A DNA stretch of 64,000 bases, from the NCBI RefSeq assembly GCF_000143415.4, contig NW_003314302.1:644736-708735 (forward strand). Direction: 5' to 3'. This document shows positions 1 to 13,351 of this stretch, piece by piece. The stretch comes from Selaginella moellendorffii. Its lineage: Eukaryota > Plantae > Lycopodiophyta. The notes below the pieces were generated by a model, which saw only the letters and a list, made by a program, of their open reading frames with translations, was not told the DNA's origin and did not search any database. Each line of letters starts with the position of its first letter. The stretch's first letter is position 1. A program made the translations under genes and the position numbers.

Positions 1-604
1 AAATATTGTCAGTGCATAATAAATAAACCTCATTCCCAAGACTAAAAATTAGTATATAGAAAAGTTACAGTTGTTGTAGTTTTTATGGTGTCCTTTAGCT
101 CTTTAAAAATTTTTTTATAAAAATGGCTAGAGGGAAAGTCATTACTACTTATATTTAGCCTCCTAATATTTCATATCAATCTCCACCTCCATCCCCAAGT
201 GCTACCAATATTTCACCTTCACCTCCACATAAGTGCTCAAAAGTTCCTAAACACTTTTGAGCACTTTTGCAACTTGGGGTTTTGAGGTTATTTAAATAAC
301 CTTCCCACCCTCTAAGGTGGCTAGCTTGAGCTTGACCTCAAGCATTTTCTAAGCCTAGAAGGTTAAGGTTATTTAAATAACATTGGTCCCTTGTGTTGCA
401 AAGTGCTCTAGGTGGCTAGAAAAAATGCTTGAGATGGCCAATTATGGTTATTAGTGAAAATGCATGGTGGTTGCTAAAGAACAAAGAGGAGCAAGAAAAA
501 AAAAGCTTGGAAAAATATGGAAGAAACACAATATGGAAGCAATTAAATGGAAGAAACTCACCCTTGGTGGTAGCAAATTATTAAGTTTAGACATTTTGGG
601 AGGT

Positions 605-1003
605 TATTGATTGATAAAAAGGTGCACTCTTGTTTATAAACTCTTTCTCTTATATTTGAACTTTTATGGAGTTATTTTGTTTGGTTGTTTACAATCTATC
701 ATGCTTTCTTGAAAATTCACACCCTTGTGAATGGAAATAAGAGCCATAACTCTCTTAACACTTTACCCCTTGGGTTGAGCCCAACTGAAGGCAAATTAAA
801 TTTGCCAAATATGAATCTGAATATGTGATATGATTCTTTTAGCCAATCAATAAAGTTGGACCCAAAACCCCTCTAATACTAAATATAAACTCTTGAGCTT
901 AAACTTTCTATGAGATCACTTAACTTAGTATTATTCAAACCTAAAGTTTTTTAACCCCAAGTATCCCAAGACCCTCTCGAGTTGTTTTCTTTGGTTGCTT
1001 ACA
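605..1003 (-). mobile_element. Degenerate Cassandra-type (5S-LTR) TRIM copy
   Basis: Same LTR-end/PPT/internal/PBS/LTR order as the 13352 copy. Decayed PBS (ctctaatactaaa, about 871-883). Ends ggttgcttaca at 1003. Confidence 0.75.
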
Positions 1004-1054
1004 ATGGTATTGTTATTCAGCTTCCCACTTGTATACTAAATCTTTATTGCTGTT

Positions 1055-1360
1055 AATCTCTTTTTCTCTCCCACACTCGATTTCTCAATCTCAACTCTCA
1101 TGCTCAATCTCTAATACTCAATCTTTTACACTCTCGATCTCTCAATCTCTTGTGCTCTCGATCTCTTTATCTCTCATGCTCTCGATCTCTCTATCTCTCG
1201 TGCTCTCCATCTCTCTATCCCTTGTACTCTCGATCTCTCAAACTCTTGTNNNNNNNNNNNNNNNNNNNNNNNNNNNNNNNNNNNNNNNNNNNNNNNNNNN
1301 NNNNNNNNNNNNNNNNNNNNNNNNNNNNNNNNNNNNNNNNNNNNNNNNNCAATCTCTCAT
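1055..1360. repeat. CT-rich microsatellite (ctctcgat/ctctcaat units) running into N gap 1250-1349
   Basis: Directly visible; it accounts for the low-complexity ORFs here. Confidence 0.9.
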
Positions 1361-2049
1361 CCTAGCTGTTCATTCCAAATAACTTAAATCTCAATTGTTT
1401 GTTTAATTATCACCATCACTATATCATTGATCTTATTTTATCTTATCATTATTATTATATGTGAATTTATGGTTCTCTATTTTGTATATTTTAATAACAA
1501 TATAAATAGCATTGAAAATGTTTAAGTTATTAGAGATATGATATTATCTTTTACTAATTATATGGAAAGGATGTATTCTCATCAATATTTTGTATATTTT
1601 TTGGATTTGTTATACGAACTTTAAAGAGTTTAAATAAGGCATGTTGCATTACCATATTAAATATGTTGTACTATATTAATCTATGAATGGATGAATTCTC
1701 ATCTATAAATTTATTTCGTGTTGTATTAGAACTTAAACTATAAGCACCAGCTTTAAATATCATTGACAATTATGGATAAAACTCGACTTGTACTGAGAAT
1801 CGAATTTGTAATTGAAGAATTATCATTACTTAACACTTAAGATTTGACAAGATTTATCATCACTTAGTAATTAAAATTTGACAATCTAACACTTCACATA
1901 TGCTAACAATCGAATCAGATATCTTACATTTACATGCCATAACAAAATGTCATTACTAACATCATTATGGATTATCAAACACTAGTAGATCCTTCCTATG
2001 CATGATTATAAGTGGATCAATCAAGACTATAGGGATTAGTTTATTGGTT

Positions 2050-5000
2050 CCAATAATCATTGTTGTGCTCTCTTATAAAATTTTCTTGGATTGGACTGAA
2101 GATAATGCGAAAGCAAGCTTGAGGTTTGGTCAAAGATGAGACCGAAAAGAGAGTCATCAAGGACAAAGAATCAAACACATAAATCATCTTTTCTTCTTGG
2201 AGAGATAATTCGTAACGAGGTGTGACTCATTACTTATATTCACATCATGCAATTAAGAGTCCCTATCTTGATGCATGTTGGATATGATAGTCTTACTAGT
2301 GGTGAGTCATGGGATAGATAGTGATGAAGTGTTATACCATTTTGTCTAGGCTTGTTATTGAAGATTGGGGTTACAATGCTCAATTCTTTTCCAGGGAACT
2401 TTGCTATTGCTCATTAAACAGATTGATGTTGGATTAGTTTTGAGTTTGGTCGAAAAGAGAGTGGTATGAACTTGTCTATGTTGTGAACAAAGTTGGTGGT
2501 ATTTGGTGTTGTAAATCTCTATCGGTGGGGTATGGCATTTATGTTACATTTTGTCGAATCAAGTTAGCATTTGATACTCGTGTAAACTTTTGAAGTTATA
2601 ATATGAGTTTGCTCATTGTGTTGCTCAATTAATAATCAAGTCATTATGATTTTATATCATATCCATGCAATAATAAGCAATGTGTTTATGAAGTTGTTTG
2701 GTTAAATGATGATCAACCCCAAAGTGGTTGATAGAGAAGCTAGTCTACTTGCAAGAAGTAACATTGAAGTAGCTTTGACTAAGTTTTTAATTGTGATATC
2801 TTATACTAAGCTTAAATTGGTTCTTTGGTTCCTTGAAATTTGCTCAATGTTAAAAAAGGTTATAGCATTCACTTACTATAGTTTGTTGGTTTATCCATTA
2901 ACACTTGGAATAGATTGTTGGATGGAGAAGGTGTGAAGTTAAAGCATTGACATTATTAACATTTGTGTTAGTGGAAGTGGCATTGTTATTTTGAGTGATG
3001 ATAAATTCTCTTTAAACCTTGATTTTCCATGTCATTTTTCTTGTTAGTGTTTTGGTTTTATATTGGATCTTGAAGGTGATTGAAAAAGAGTGTTAGTGCA
3101 ATGTGGATATTCGAAGATGTGGTCTTTGTGATCAAGCCTTAGATGTTCATTTTTATATTTTGCAGGTATTGGTGTTAAATGTCAGAAATATGGGCAAAGA
3201 TGTTTGATGCTTAAACATACTGTTGGTCATGAGAATTTGTATTGAAGTTAACATATATGAAGTTGTTGGTGAGAGGAAGTTGGTTGAGTCTTGAAAGTTT
3301 GCATTCATGGACTGAGAGTCATTTTTCCTTTAGGATGGAACATTTTCCACAAATTTTCTTAAACTTTTCCAATGGCTAATTTATTGATTATTTTGCTCAT
3401 AGACCATTCCATTTTCGTATGCTAACTAATGAAGGGGTTAGAGTTAATTTTGGTTGGCTTAGATCTTAGTAGGTAGTTTTTATGATATGGCTCGAAAGGG
3501 ATGCTAACTTTTAGGGTTAAGGCAATTGAATTGGATAGAGTCTGGAGTTGGTATAGAAAAGTGGTTATTATGCTTTTTGAAGAAGGATAACCCTTGTGCT
3601 TTTTTTTTATAGTGTTATGCTACGAGGCAAGTTGTATTTTGCATTTCATTAAACTCTATGAGAGTAGTGAACTCTCACTAATCTTGACTTGGTCTTGGTA
3701 GCCTTGTGCCTTGGTTGAGGATGGTGATGTTCAACTTAGTTGTTTGAAGTTGAGATGTTAGTACCCATATTATAGCTTTGTTTAGGAGGAGGTTGTGTAC
3801 CAATATAAGTCCATCTTATGGTCTTCACTTCAATTTCAGCTAAGTGTTGATTATGCATTGCTAGCCTCTTTAAGGGATGATTAGAGCTATTAGCTATACG
3901 TATTGGTGAGCTTATTGTGGTTGAGTTGGATTTGAGTGGTCATTAGTTCGTGTTTGTCTATGTACTTGGGGTGTTACCTTCTTGTTGAACAAGTATATAA
4001 CTCGATGACATGAGTTTAGTGTTTGGGTCTTGTGAAAGCAAGTTAAAGAGTGATTGTTAGTTGCTTTGTGACTTGTGATTATTTATAAACTTTGTCAAGG
4101 ACTATTAACACTTGCTTCTTTCAATGATGATTTATCAGTGATAGGCTTGCTTTACTGGATGGTGTTGTAGAGGATCATATCATAAGTTTGTATGGTTTTC
4201 CATATTGGTATATCAACTATAGCTCTATCGATATCATTTGATTATGTTTAGTCAATGATGTTGGATTTCATTAAGTCTTAGACGTGGTGAATCACTCCTT
4301 GATGATGTGTTACCTATAACTGAGTATTGTTAAAGGATTGGTCTCAGATACTAATTAAAGTATTTTTGACTTTGGTTAGCTTGGTTGTTAAAGAGTTTTG
4401 AGTGGTGATTCACTTTTGCTTTCTTTTAGCTTTATTATGATGTTGATATCATTAAAGTGATGCTTTGTTGTTGATATTGTTATTGTTGAGATTTGAATGA
4501 AATGAGATGTCTCTTTATAGGATTGATATTGAGTTTCATTAATCTTGATGTAGATAATGTTGATAATTTGGCTGTAGCTTTGTGTTATTGACATCTATGC
4601 ATCTGCTAGTTAACAATTGTATTGATGTTCAAATGAACTGAGTGGCAAGTTGAGTTAGTTGTGTTCTAAATGAGATTGCTTAGTTAGGGTTGAGTTTTGA
4701 GCTTTTCCTTAAAAAGTGATTTGGTCGTGAACTATACTAACTTTATGAGAGGAAGAGTTAATGATCGATATTGAATGTTAGTTCTTTGTTAGATTTGAGT
4801 TGGGGATATATTGATCATTGATGATTCTTCTTATATTATTATGAAGGGAGTTACGTTTTGCTATAGATGAATTTATAAAAGATCATTGATGATGACATGA
4901 ATGAATGTTTGTTTGCTTTGGAACATTCATTCTATTCTGTTGATTATTGTTACAGTTGTTTTTGATAATTGGATGTTATTTCTTTTGGCAATACATTCAC

Positions 5001-5450
5001 GAGCATTTTGCTTACCAAGTTGATGATACTTTGTGTTCTTTTAGTTATCTTACGTAAGTTGTTTAGCATGCTATCTGCAATATTTGATAGTTAAGTTTTA
5101 TCATTAAGTTTTCTTGATGACACACTGACTATTGAATATTATTGGATGGTTAATTCTATGTTTTCCAATCATGTTGATCTTGGTGGTTCCTATACTATAA
5201 TATTGGTTTATCGGATGATAACTTAATTAGAATACTTTTGTGTTCTAATCAAAGATTTATTCACTAATAATCAAGTCTTTAAGCTATCATTGTCTATGAC
5301 TTTCATATTGTCCATTTATTGATCTTTGAATTTGGGCTATTATAGGCAGATTGGTTTTGGCACTTCGTGTGCATAGTGAAATATTTAGTCATGGGGTAGC
5401 TACTATCAATTGATCACATCACCCGCCTCTTTGTCGATGTTCTTTATTTC
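2050..5450 (-). mobile_element. Highly degenerate retroelement-like (gag-like) region
   Basis: Strong strand skew similar to the gag region at 53-55 kb. Minus-strand remnants LSKFQGTKEP (about 2820-2850) and W.NLHH..SHD (about 2305-2340). Many stops. Confidence 0.35.
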
Positions 5451-5559
5451 TTTAAAAGGGCGTGACCGTGTAAACAACTCCAACTACTTGTTTATAGTAG
5501 TCTATCTAAACCTTACCAACAGGTTTAGTTTCTTTACTTAAGAGGGTTGGGTATTTTAT

Positions 5560-6292
5560 ATTTAATAAGTTTCGAGCTTGTCCCAAAGACTAACTTTTTT
5601 TACTAAGGGAGGCTTGGGGTGAAAGCCCAAAGCATGTGTTCCTTAGGGGGGGCGGGGCTATAGGGGGTCCAAATATATAGTAAAGATAGTGGGTACGTCA
5701 GGCATGGGTGACCAACTTCAAGCATAGTCTAGCTCTCACTTGCGTGCCTCTCCTTGTTTTGCGTCCAGCTTGGTCTAAGCCCAAATTCTATACCATGCTA
5801 GTTGGTGGAGTATTCATATCCTAGTGTTAGGCCACCAATATGCCGAAATAGTGCCAAACTCCATTTGGCTCCATTTTGCATGCTAGTCCTGGCATTAGGA
5901 TGTTTCAGTGACATTCTCTCAGCCGCTCACTCACTTTGCCTTGTAGTCTTCAATCTGAGGCGAAGATCAAGGTGTATAATGAGGAAAACTACGCTTTAGG
6001 ACTATTCTAAGTTGCTACGTACTCCTGTCCCTTTACTTTTTGGGATATATGCTTATAAGTTTCTGCGTGGTTCAATTCCATTGCTCCTTGGCTCCATGCT
6101 TATGAGTTTGGCTCCGTACCTTCATTTAATAGCTAAAGGCCTTGAAACTCGGGTTCCACACCACTGTCATTTGGACATGTAGCATGTGGCATGTGGCATA
6201 TGACACATGGCACATAAAGGGTTTAAGTTCTACTTCATGGTATTCTATGGTAAATCACCATAGGATAAAGGGTAAAAACTACATGCACTATA
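5560..6292 (-). mobile_element. LTR-like dispersed repeat, inverted copy of the repeat starting at 9628
   Basis: The reverse complement matches 9628-10200, with further matches at 7996-8218, 11465-11610 and 12085-12260. Confidence 0.8.
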
Positions 6293-7324
6293 AAGATGCA
6301 CTTGTAAGCGACTAAATTTTTCCATTCTACTTTATTCACTTAACCACACCTCCGACTGCTTGGAGGAGTCTCACTCACCACCTCCATAAGTCCTATTCCA
6401 GACTTGGGGACTTGCTAGCCTCAAGAATGGCATCCGTGCCACTCGACCGTTGCACTTGGTCCAAGTGCTCCACGTGTCTAGTCCCAAGACCGACACCCAA
6501 AGGTACCACTGATATATCGGTCCGTTACGCGAAGGCCATGCCTATTCACCTTTGCCGCACTAGTGGTCCAATACCACTTGCATCACAATCCCGTCTCTCC
6601 AAGATTAGGCCATCTGTCCACAAGTGGTCAACCCAGATCCACTCCTTAGCACCCTTAGGATGCCTATAGATATGGGGAATAGCCTTCCCTAATATCCCTT
6701 TGTCAGTTCCTACCAAGTCCCTTTTCTACTCATGGCCATGTTCGCCAACACTGCCACTAGATCAAGGCCCGCAGGCCTGACCACTAAGTCCCATGGTCCT
6801 CTAGGACTTCCTCACCATGTGACTGTATCCTTAGTCACTACACTAGAGAACTACTCTTCCTCCTTTCCCCCATTTAGGACTCTAGGACAACATTTCAGAA
6901 CACCGTGGCCACGCCTACGCGAGCCCCGTGGGTACTCTCCCCACCTTCCGCCTTTGGGTGCTCTAGCCATGGGCTTAGAGCGAGGTTCCGTTGAGCCACG
7001 CCTAGTATCCAAGTAGGTAGTGCTACCCACACTTGGACTGGGAGCATCGGCCAGTCGATCTCCCGGGGGAACTAGAGCCGGCTCTTGAACACTTCACCAA
7101 GCTACCCCGCTTGTCGGTCCGTATTCACTCTAGTCTTGGACTTCCCAGTGGTCAGTTTATCACCCAACATTGGGTCTAGCCTTCCTGGGCCAAACTGGCC
7201 TTTCCTGGCCAAACTGGCCTTTCCTGGCCAAACTGGCTCCACTGCAGTCCTCCCCCTTACTATACTTTTGGAGCTCACCAAACCCTCCAAGGTCTGGGAG
7301 ACGAACGCTTTGGGCTTTCACCCT

Positions 7325-7762
7325 CTCAGACTCGAACTCGGACTCGGACTCGGACTCGGACTCGGACTTGGGCTTGGGCTCGGTCTCGGCCTCGACCTCG
7401 GTCTCGGTCCCGGTCTCGGTCCCGGTCTCGGTCTCGGTCTCGGTCCCGGTCTCGGTCTCAACCTCGGACTCCATCTCGGGTCCTTCTCGGATTCCATCTC
7501 GGGTCCATCTCAGACTCCGTCTTGGTCCATCTCGGACTCCATCTCGGGTCCATCTCGGACTCCATCTCGGTCCATCTCAAACTCCATCTCGGACTCCGTC
7601 TCGAACTCCATCTCGGGTCCATCTCGGACTCCATCTCGGGTCCATCTCAGACTCCATCTCGGACTCTGTCTCGGACTCCACCTCGGACTCCAACTCGGGT
7701 CCATCTCAGACTCCATCTCGGACTCCACCTCAGACTCCAACTCAGGTCCATCTCGGACTCTT
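7325..7762. repeat. GC-rich minisatellite of related 6-mers (ctcgga/ctcggt/ctccat)
   Basis: Directly visible; it generates the LG/SD/TE-repeat ORFs in several frames. Confidence 0.95.
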
Positions 7763-8219
7763 CCACGTGTCATGCGTTGGTCCTTTTGGGTCCCTTTTTG
7801 GAGCCTCGCTTATTGCTCGCTTCATGCTCGTTCCTTGAGCACTCTGTTAGGAGTTCCACTCCCGCTCTTGACCTTTCAAGTCGGAGCCTTTTAGTCCAAA
7901 CGTGTTACGCTTGTTTGGCTTTTGCTTCGGCCACTACCACGTGGCACCCTTTTGGCTCCACTTTGGGGCTTAGGGATTTGTGTCTCACAACTCCACAACA
8001 TGCAAAATAAAGTTAAATGGAGTCTAATGCTATTCTAGCATACTGATATTCTAACACAAAGATATGGGTACTTCACTAATTAGTATGGTGTGGAACTTGG
8101 GCTTAGACCCAAGTCGGATGCAGAACAAGGACAAGCACACAAGTGAGAGCTAGACTATGCCTCAAGTTGATTGGTTGACCATGCCAAACCTACCCATTAT
8201 CCCTACTATACATTTGAAG

Positions 8220-9520
8220 TTTATAAATGATTTCAATAGCAAATCTAGCAAACTTCTCTTGCCAACAAGCCTACTTTGACGTAAACTTTAGCTACGTAGT
8301 AAAGCAGCTCAATGTGTTACTATCCATATAAACCTTAGTTTGTCCATCTAAGCAGTGTCTCCAGTGTTTCAATACCAACACTATAGCAAACATTTCTTTC
8401 TTATGTGTTAACCATTTTTGTTGGGTTTCATCCAATTTTTTGGAATAAAACACAACGAAACAACCACGTCACCTTAGTGTAACACTACACAATCTTGCTA
8501 CAATACAACACCTATAGCATAACTAGATGCACCATAATGCACTTTGAAGGGTTTATCAAGAACTAGGTTCCTGAAAATAGGAATTGTAGTCAAGATATCC
8601 TTTAACCATACAAAATCACACTAACAAGCTAGTGTCTAATGAAGTGTTATATTACCCTTTGTTAACTCAATCAATGGAAGAGTAATACTTGCAAAATTGT
8701 GAACAAACTTGAGATAATATCCCACCAAACTGAGAAAGGAATGAACATCTAATATAGTGGTTGGAACTTCTCAAGACTTCACCATTTCCACCTTCTTTGG
8801 ACCCACCTTAATTATGCCACCACCAATTATATGCCCAAGAAAGTTCACGTGCAATTGTCCAAAAGCGCATTTATTTTCCTTAGCATACAGTTTATGTCCA
8901 CATAACTTCTGAAACCCCAGCTCCAAGTGTTTCAAATGATCCTCTAATGTTTCATTGAAGACTAGAACATTATTGATATATAAAACAATAAATGTATCCA
9001 AATAATCTCTAAATATTCTATCCATCCTTGTATTGAATATTGCTAGAACATTACATATCCCAAATGGTATAACAAGGAACTAATAGGATTCGTACCAAGT
9101 CTTAAAGATTGTTTTCTCCACATCCTGATCTGCCACTTGTATTTGATGATACCCAAATTGTAAATAAAGTCACATAAAATACTTAGCCTTTAAGAGTTAG
9201 TCAAACAAGTCATCAATGCAAGGCAAAGGGTAATTGTTTTTGACCATGATCTTGTTAAAAGCTTGATAATTGATAATAACTATCCTTTTTCATAATAAAA
9301 AAGACCAGTGCTCCATAAGGTGACTTGCTTGGTCGAATATGACCTTTGTTAAGAAGCTTCGTGAATTGCTTCTTGAGTTCAGCCATCTCCTTGATGTTTA
9401 AATGATATGGAGCCTTTATAGGTGGTTTACAACCCAAAATAATCTCAATCCGATAATCAACCTCACGGCTAGGAAGTAGCCCTGGTGGCAAATCCTTTGG
9501 AAAGATATCCTAATTCCACA
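8220..9520 (-). mobile_element. Ty3/gypsy pol remnant (RT-RNaseH), pseudogenised
   Basis: PPIKAPY..LLNKGHIRPSKSPYGA; FRDYLDTFIVLYINN (decayed YIDD); KCAFG..VNFLGH. Confidence 0.9.
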
Positions 9521-9627
9521 CTAACAACTCTAATATTTCTTTTAATACAGGATCAACCCTATCGCTGATTTGAACTGGGTTACCATCACCCTCAGCTTCT
9601 ATCACTTAAACCTAAAAGGTCTGATAT

Positions 9628-10200
9628 TGTAGCACATATGGTTTTCACCCTTTATCCTATGGTGATTTACCATAGGATAACTATGAAGTAGAATCTAAAC
9701 CCTTCATATGCCATATGTTATATGCCATGTGCCACATGCCATGTGTCTAATGACAGCGGAGTAGAACTTGAGTTTCAAAGCATTGGGCCACTAAATGAAG
9801 GAACAAAGCCAAACTCCTAAGCATGGAGCCAAGGAGCAAAAGAATCCGAGTATGGAGCAACTCCTAACCATTCAGCCCAAGGAGTAAAGGGATAGGAGTA
9901 TAAAGCGACTTAGAACAATCCTAAAATATCCCACATCCCAATGCTAAGACCAACACGCAAAAAAAAGCTAAAACAAATTTTTATGCTATTTTAACATACC
10001 AGTGGTCTAATATGAGGATATAGGTATTCCACCAACTAGCATAGTGTGGAACTTGGGCTTAGACCCAAGCCGAACACAGAAAAAAGACAAATATCTAAGT
10101 GGGAGCTAAATTGTGCTTTAGGTTGGTCAGCCATGCCTGATCTACCCACTATTCTACTATACATTTGGAAACCCCTTACAGCCCCTTGGAAACCCCCCTT
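9628..10200 (+). mobile_element. LTR-like repeat (starts TGTAGCAC), interrupted by Cassandra sequence at about 10200
   Basis: TG start; homologous to 5560-6292; homology resumes at 11465. Confidence 0.7.
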
Positions 10201-10575
10201 ACCTAGCCCAGTACTATTCAAACCTAAGGACGATTAACCCCAAATATCCCAAAATCTTTAATCAATTGGAAAAGGGGGTGCATTTTTGTTCATGAGCCCT
10301 TTCCCTCTATATTTGAACCCTTATGGATCACCTTTCGAATCGTTCTCTTTGGTTGTTTACAATCCACCATGCTTCCCTGCAAGTTTACACCCTCGTGAAC
10401 GGAAGCTGAGAGCCCTACTCTCTTGACACCCTACCCTCGGGTCAAGCCCAGCTGGAGCACACTAAACCATTGCTAGATATCAATCAACATGTGGTGTGAT
10501 TCCCCTAGCCAACCAATAGAGTTGGACTCGAGACTTCCTTGATACCAAATGTAAGCTCTTGAGTTTAGGCTTTGC
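10201..10575 (-). mobile_element. Cassandra-type TRIM, both LTRs truncated
   Basis: Partial LTR to 10361, PPT (rc gggaagcatggtggat), internal domain, PBS (rc tggtatcaagg, 10538-10548), LTR terminus tgtaagc at 10550. Confidence 0.85.
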
Positions 10576-11269
10576 TAATCCGATGACCCATGAGGTCCTA
10601 GTGTTGAGGTGTCAATTCACTATAATACATTTTGTTGTATTCATGTTCCACTCACAAGGACCATATTTGCAAGTGTTACTCTAACACTTGATTATTTCCT
10701 GTTTTCTATGGGATACTTTTGCTTTTTAGAACTATCCGTCCATATGATGAGAATACCCTCATCCTCTGAGCATACCCCAACTCCTTGGGTTTGTTCCAGC
10801 ATTTATAAAAGGTAGCCTTGGCTACTATTTCAAGGACTTATGTCCTTCTCTATATTTGACCTTTTATGGTCATTAATTCTGGTATCAAATTCATGAGCAC
10901 TGACCTCAACCACATAAGGGTAATCTTGTGACTCTTTTATTGTTTTGGAGTCTCTACCTTCCCTGTGATCCCAACTGTAGTTGTTTACCACAACTACATT
11001 AATCAGTTTGATAAGTCAAACACTCATTTAGATCACATCCTCAACTCTCTAAAAACCTTATACTGTTTCTAAAATCCCCAAGTCGTTCCCTTATTGGCCT
11101 CTTTTCTATCCACTACCTTGCCTATAAGTTTATATATGAATTGTAGTGGAGAGCCATGTCCTCCTGACCTACTACTCCTTAAAGGATAGGCTCATTCCTA
11201 GGAAACACAAATGGTGATATACTTGAGCATTAATAAAAATTAGATTAACGAATAGCTCCGATACCAAGT

Positions 11270-11464
11270 TGTAAGCTCCTAAGTTTGGACTTCCCGAGAG
11301 GTCACCCAGCCCAATACTATTCAAACCCAAAGACGCTTAACCCTAAATATCCCAAGATCCTTAACCAATTGAAAAAGGGGGTGCACTTTTATTCATGGGC
11401 CCTTTCCCTTTATATTTAAACCCTTATGAATCACCTCTCGAATCGTTCTCTTTGGTTACTTACA
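11270..11464 (-). mobile_element. Complete 5S-containing LTR with adjacent PBS but non-Cassandra internal sequence
   Basis: TGTAAGC...ACTTACA. PBS rc TGGTATCGGAGC at 11255-11266. Confidence 0.85.
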
Positions 11465-12735
11465 ATACATCCCAACCACTATCTTTTCTATACATTTGAA
11501 CCCTCCCCCCCTCCCCACCACCCCTCTTTGAGGAACACATGCTTTGGGTTTTCACCTTTAGTACCAGGAGTTAGTTTTCGGGACAAGCATGAAACTTACT
11601 AAATATGGAACGACATTAGATTGTGAATTAAGAAGCAAGAACAACACTATAGGGTTCAAGACACTCTCTACATTCCGTAGATATACCTCTTGAGTGAATC
11701 TAAACACTTACAATAAATAGCATATGGATTTGGAATAGAACCAACACGTAAGGCATAATAGCGAGGGTGTTTGGTAGACACGGTAAGCTACCATATAATG
11801 ATATTAAGGGACTAGACTCAATATTGTGGGGGTTTTTTATATTAGTAAGTGCAAGCCAATAATATGAGTTTCTCAAACTAGGCAGAATATGCTTAGCAAG
11901 AAACACATAGGAGTTCCTATCTTATGTTTATCTGATTTAAATACACATACATTGACCAATTTATCAACTAGCTTAAGTAAGAACTATAAAAGGAACCAAC
12001 TGTACCGACTTCTTATTGTTATGGTAGTAAGTCTGTAAGGATTGGCTAACAAGTATCTTTCAATACCAAAATGATAGGAAAATAAACTATGCCTTAGGTT
12101 GGTTAGCCATGCTTGATTTACCCACCTATTCTTACTATACATTTGAAATCCCCCACAACCCCCTCCCCCTTCCCCCTTTTGAGGAATGCATGCTTTGGGC
12201 TTTCACCCTTAGTACTAGAAGTTAGTCTTTGGGACAAACTGGAAACTTACTAAATATGGAAAAGCACTATATTACAAATTTGAATATAGGAATAACACCA
12301 TTGTATTTAAGACAATCTTTACATTTAGTAAATATGCTAAATTAGCAAATCTAGATATTTTCTATAAATAGGCAATAGGACAGAATGAAACTAACACATG
12401 GGGCATGAAAGTGAGGGTTTCTTGGTAGATATAGTAAGCTATCACATAGTAATTATTGAGGGATCAAGCTCAATATTGTAGGGGTTCTTATCAAGCCAGG
12501 GCAGGATAAAGCAAAAGAGAACTAATGAACTAAGCTAAATATACTTTGCTAAATAGACATGTAAGAATTCCTTTCTTATGCTCATTCAGTTAAGTATAGA
12601 TACTAAGTCAAGTTTATTAACACTTGAACAAGAGGGGACTAATAAAGGGTCCAACAATACTAACCTCTGGCCGTTGTGGCAATAAAGAAAGAATATCCGA
12701 AAGGACTAGCTAACAGATAACTTTCGATACCTATA
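11465..12735 (+). repeat. Diverged tandem duplication, about 650 bp period, of LTR-like sequence
   Basis: 11465-12065 resembles 12115-12730 (ctatacatttgaa...gctttggg...ggacaa...aaacttactaaatatggaa...caatattgt.gggg). Confidence 0.75.
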
Positions 12736-13351
12736 ATCACATCCACAACAAAAGGCATAGTGTCTATAGTTCATTATGGCAGGCATTTAGATTGGATAAA
12801 GTGTGCAATTAAGATCACTGTAGAAATTCCATACTTTTCAAAGGGTCTGCAATCAATCCTCCTACCCATAACACCATTGCTATTATATTCAAGTGTTGGT
12901 TGTGCAAGAATGCTCCTTTGTGTCATGTTATTTATAAGGCTGAAATGTACTACTTTCTTCTGGGGATGGAGTGCTTAGAAGAGCTTTAGTGCATGTTGGC
13001 ACACATGTGCATCTAATGCAGAAAAGGATACAAAAGAGTTTTCTCAACTATTTCAAAGATGTTATACAAAAAAAGACTATGAAAAACTCATCTGTAACTT
13101 CAAAGTATATTTAGAGAACTGTCCTAACAAAGTTAGTTTCCAGGACTTACTATAAGGCATATAACTTGCTACTAGCCTAAGGAGGTACGTCTGTTGTATT
13201 TCATACATTACAATAATTTTTTTTTCTTACATTATATTTAGGATAAAATCTAGAATGTGTGAATCTCGAGAGGGGAAGTTGACTCCATCCTTGAATTGAA
13301 ATAGATATGTTTATATAAGTTCATCTACAAAAGTTTGTTTCTAGACCAAGT

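Noticed and set aside
231-445. Hairpins and palindromes (aagtgctcaaaag/cttttgagcactt; ggttatttaaataacc) as a MITE, CRISPR or ncRNA
   Set aside because: No TSD, no regular repeat-spacer period, and no second copy seen in the window.
7085-8010. Long ORFs with LG/SD/TE repeats
   Set aside because: Products of a stop-free hexamer minisatellite that is open in several frames.
5560-10200. Large TIR DNA transposon or DIRS element suggested by long inverted repeats
   Set aside because: The repeat has further same-strand copies (7996, 11465, 12085) and the interval holds ordinary gypsy pol. Independent insertions explain it better.
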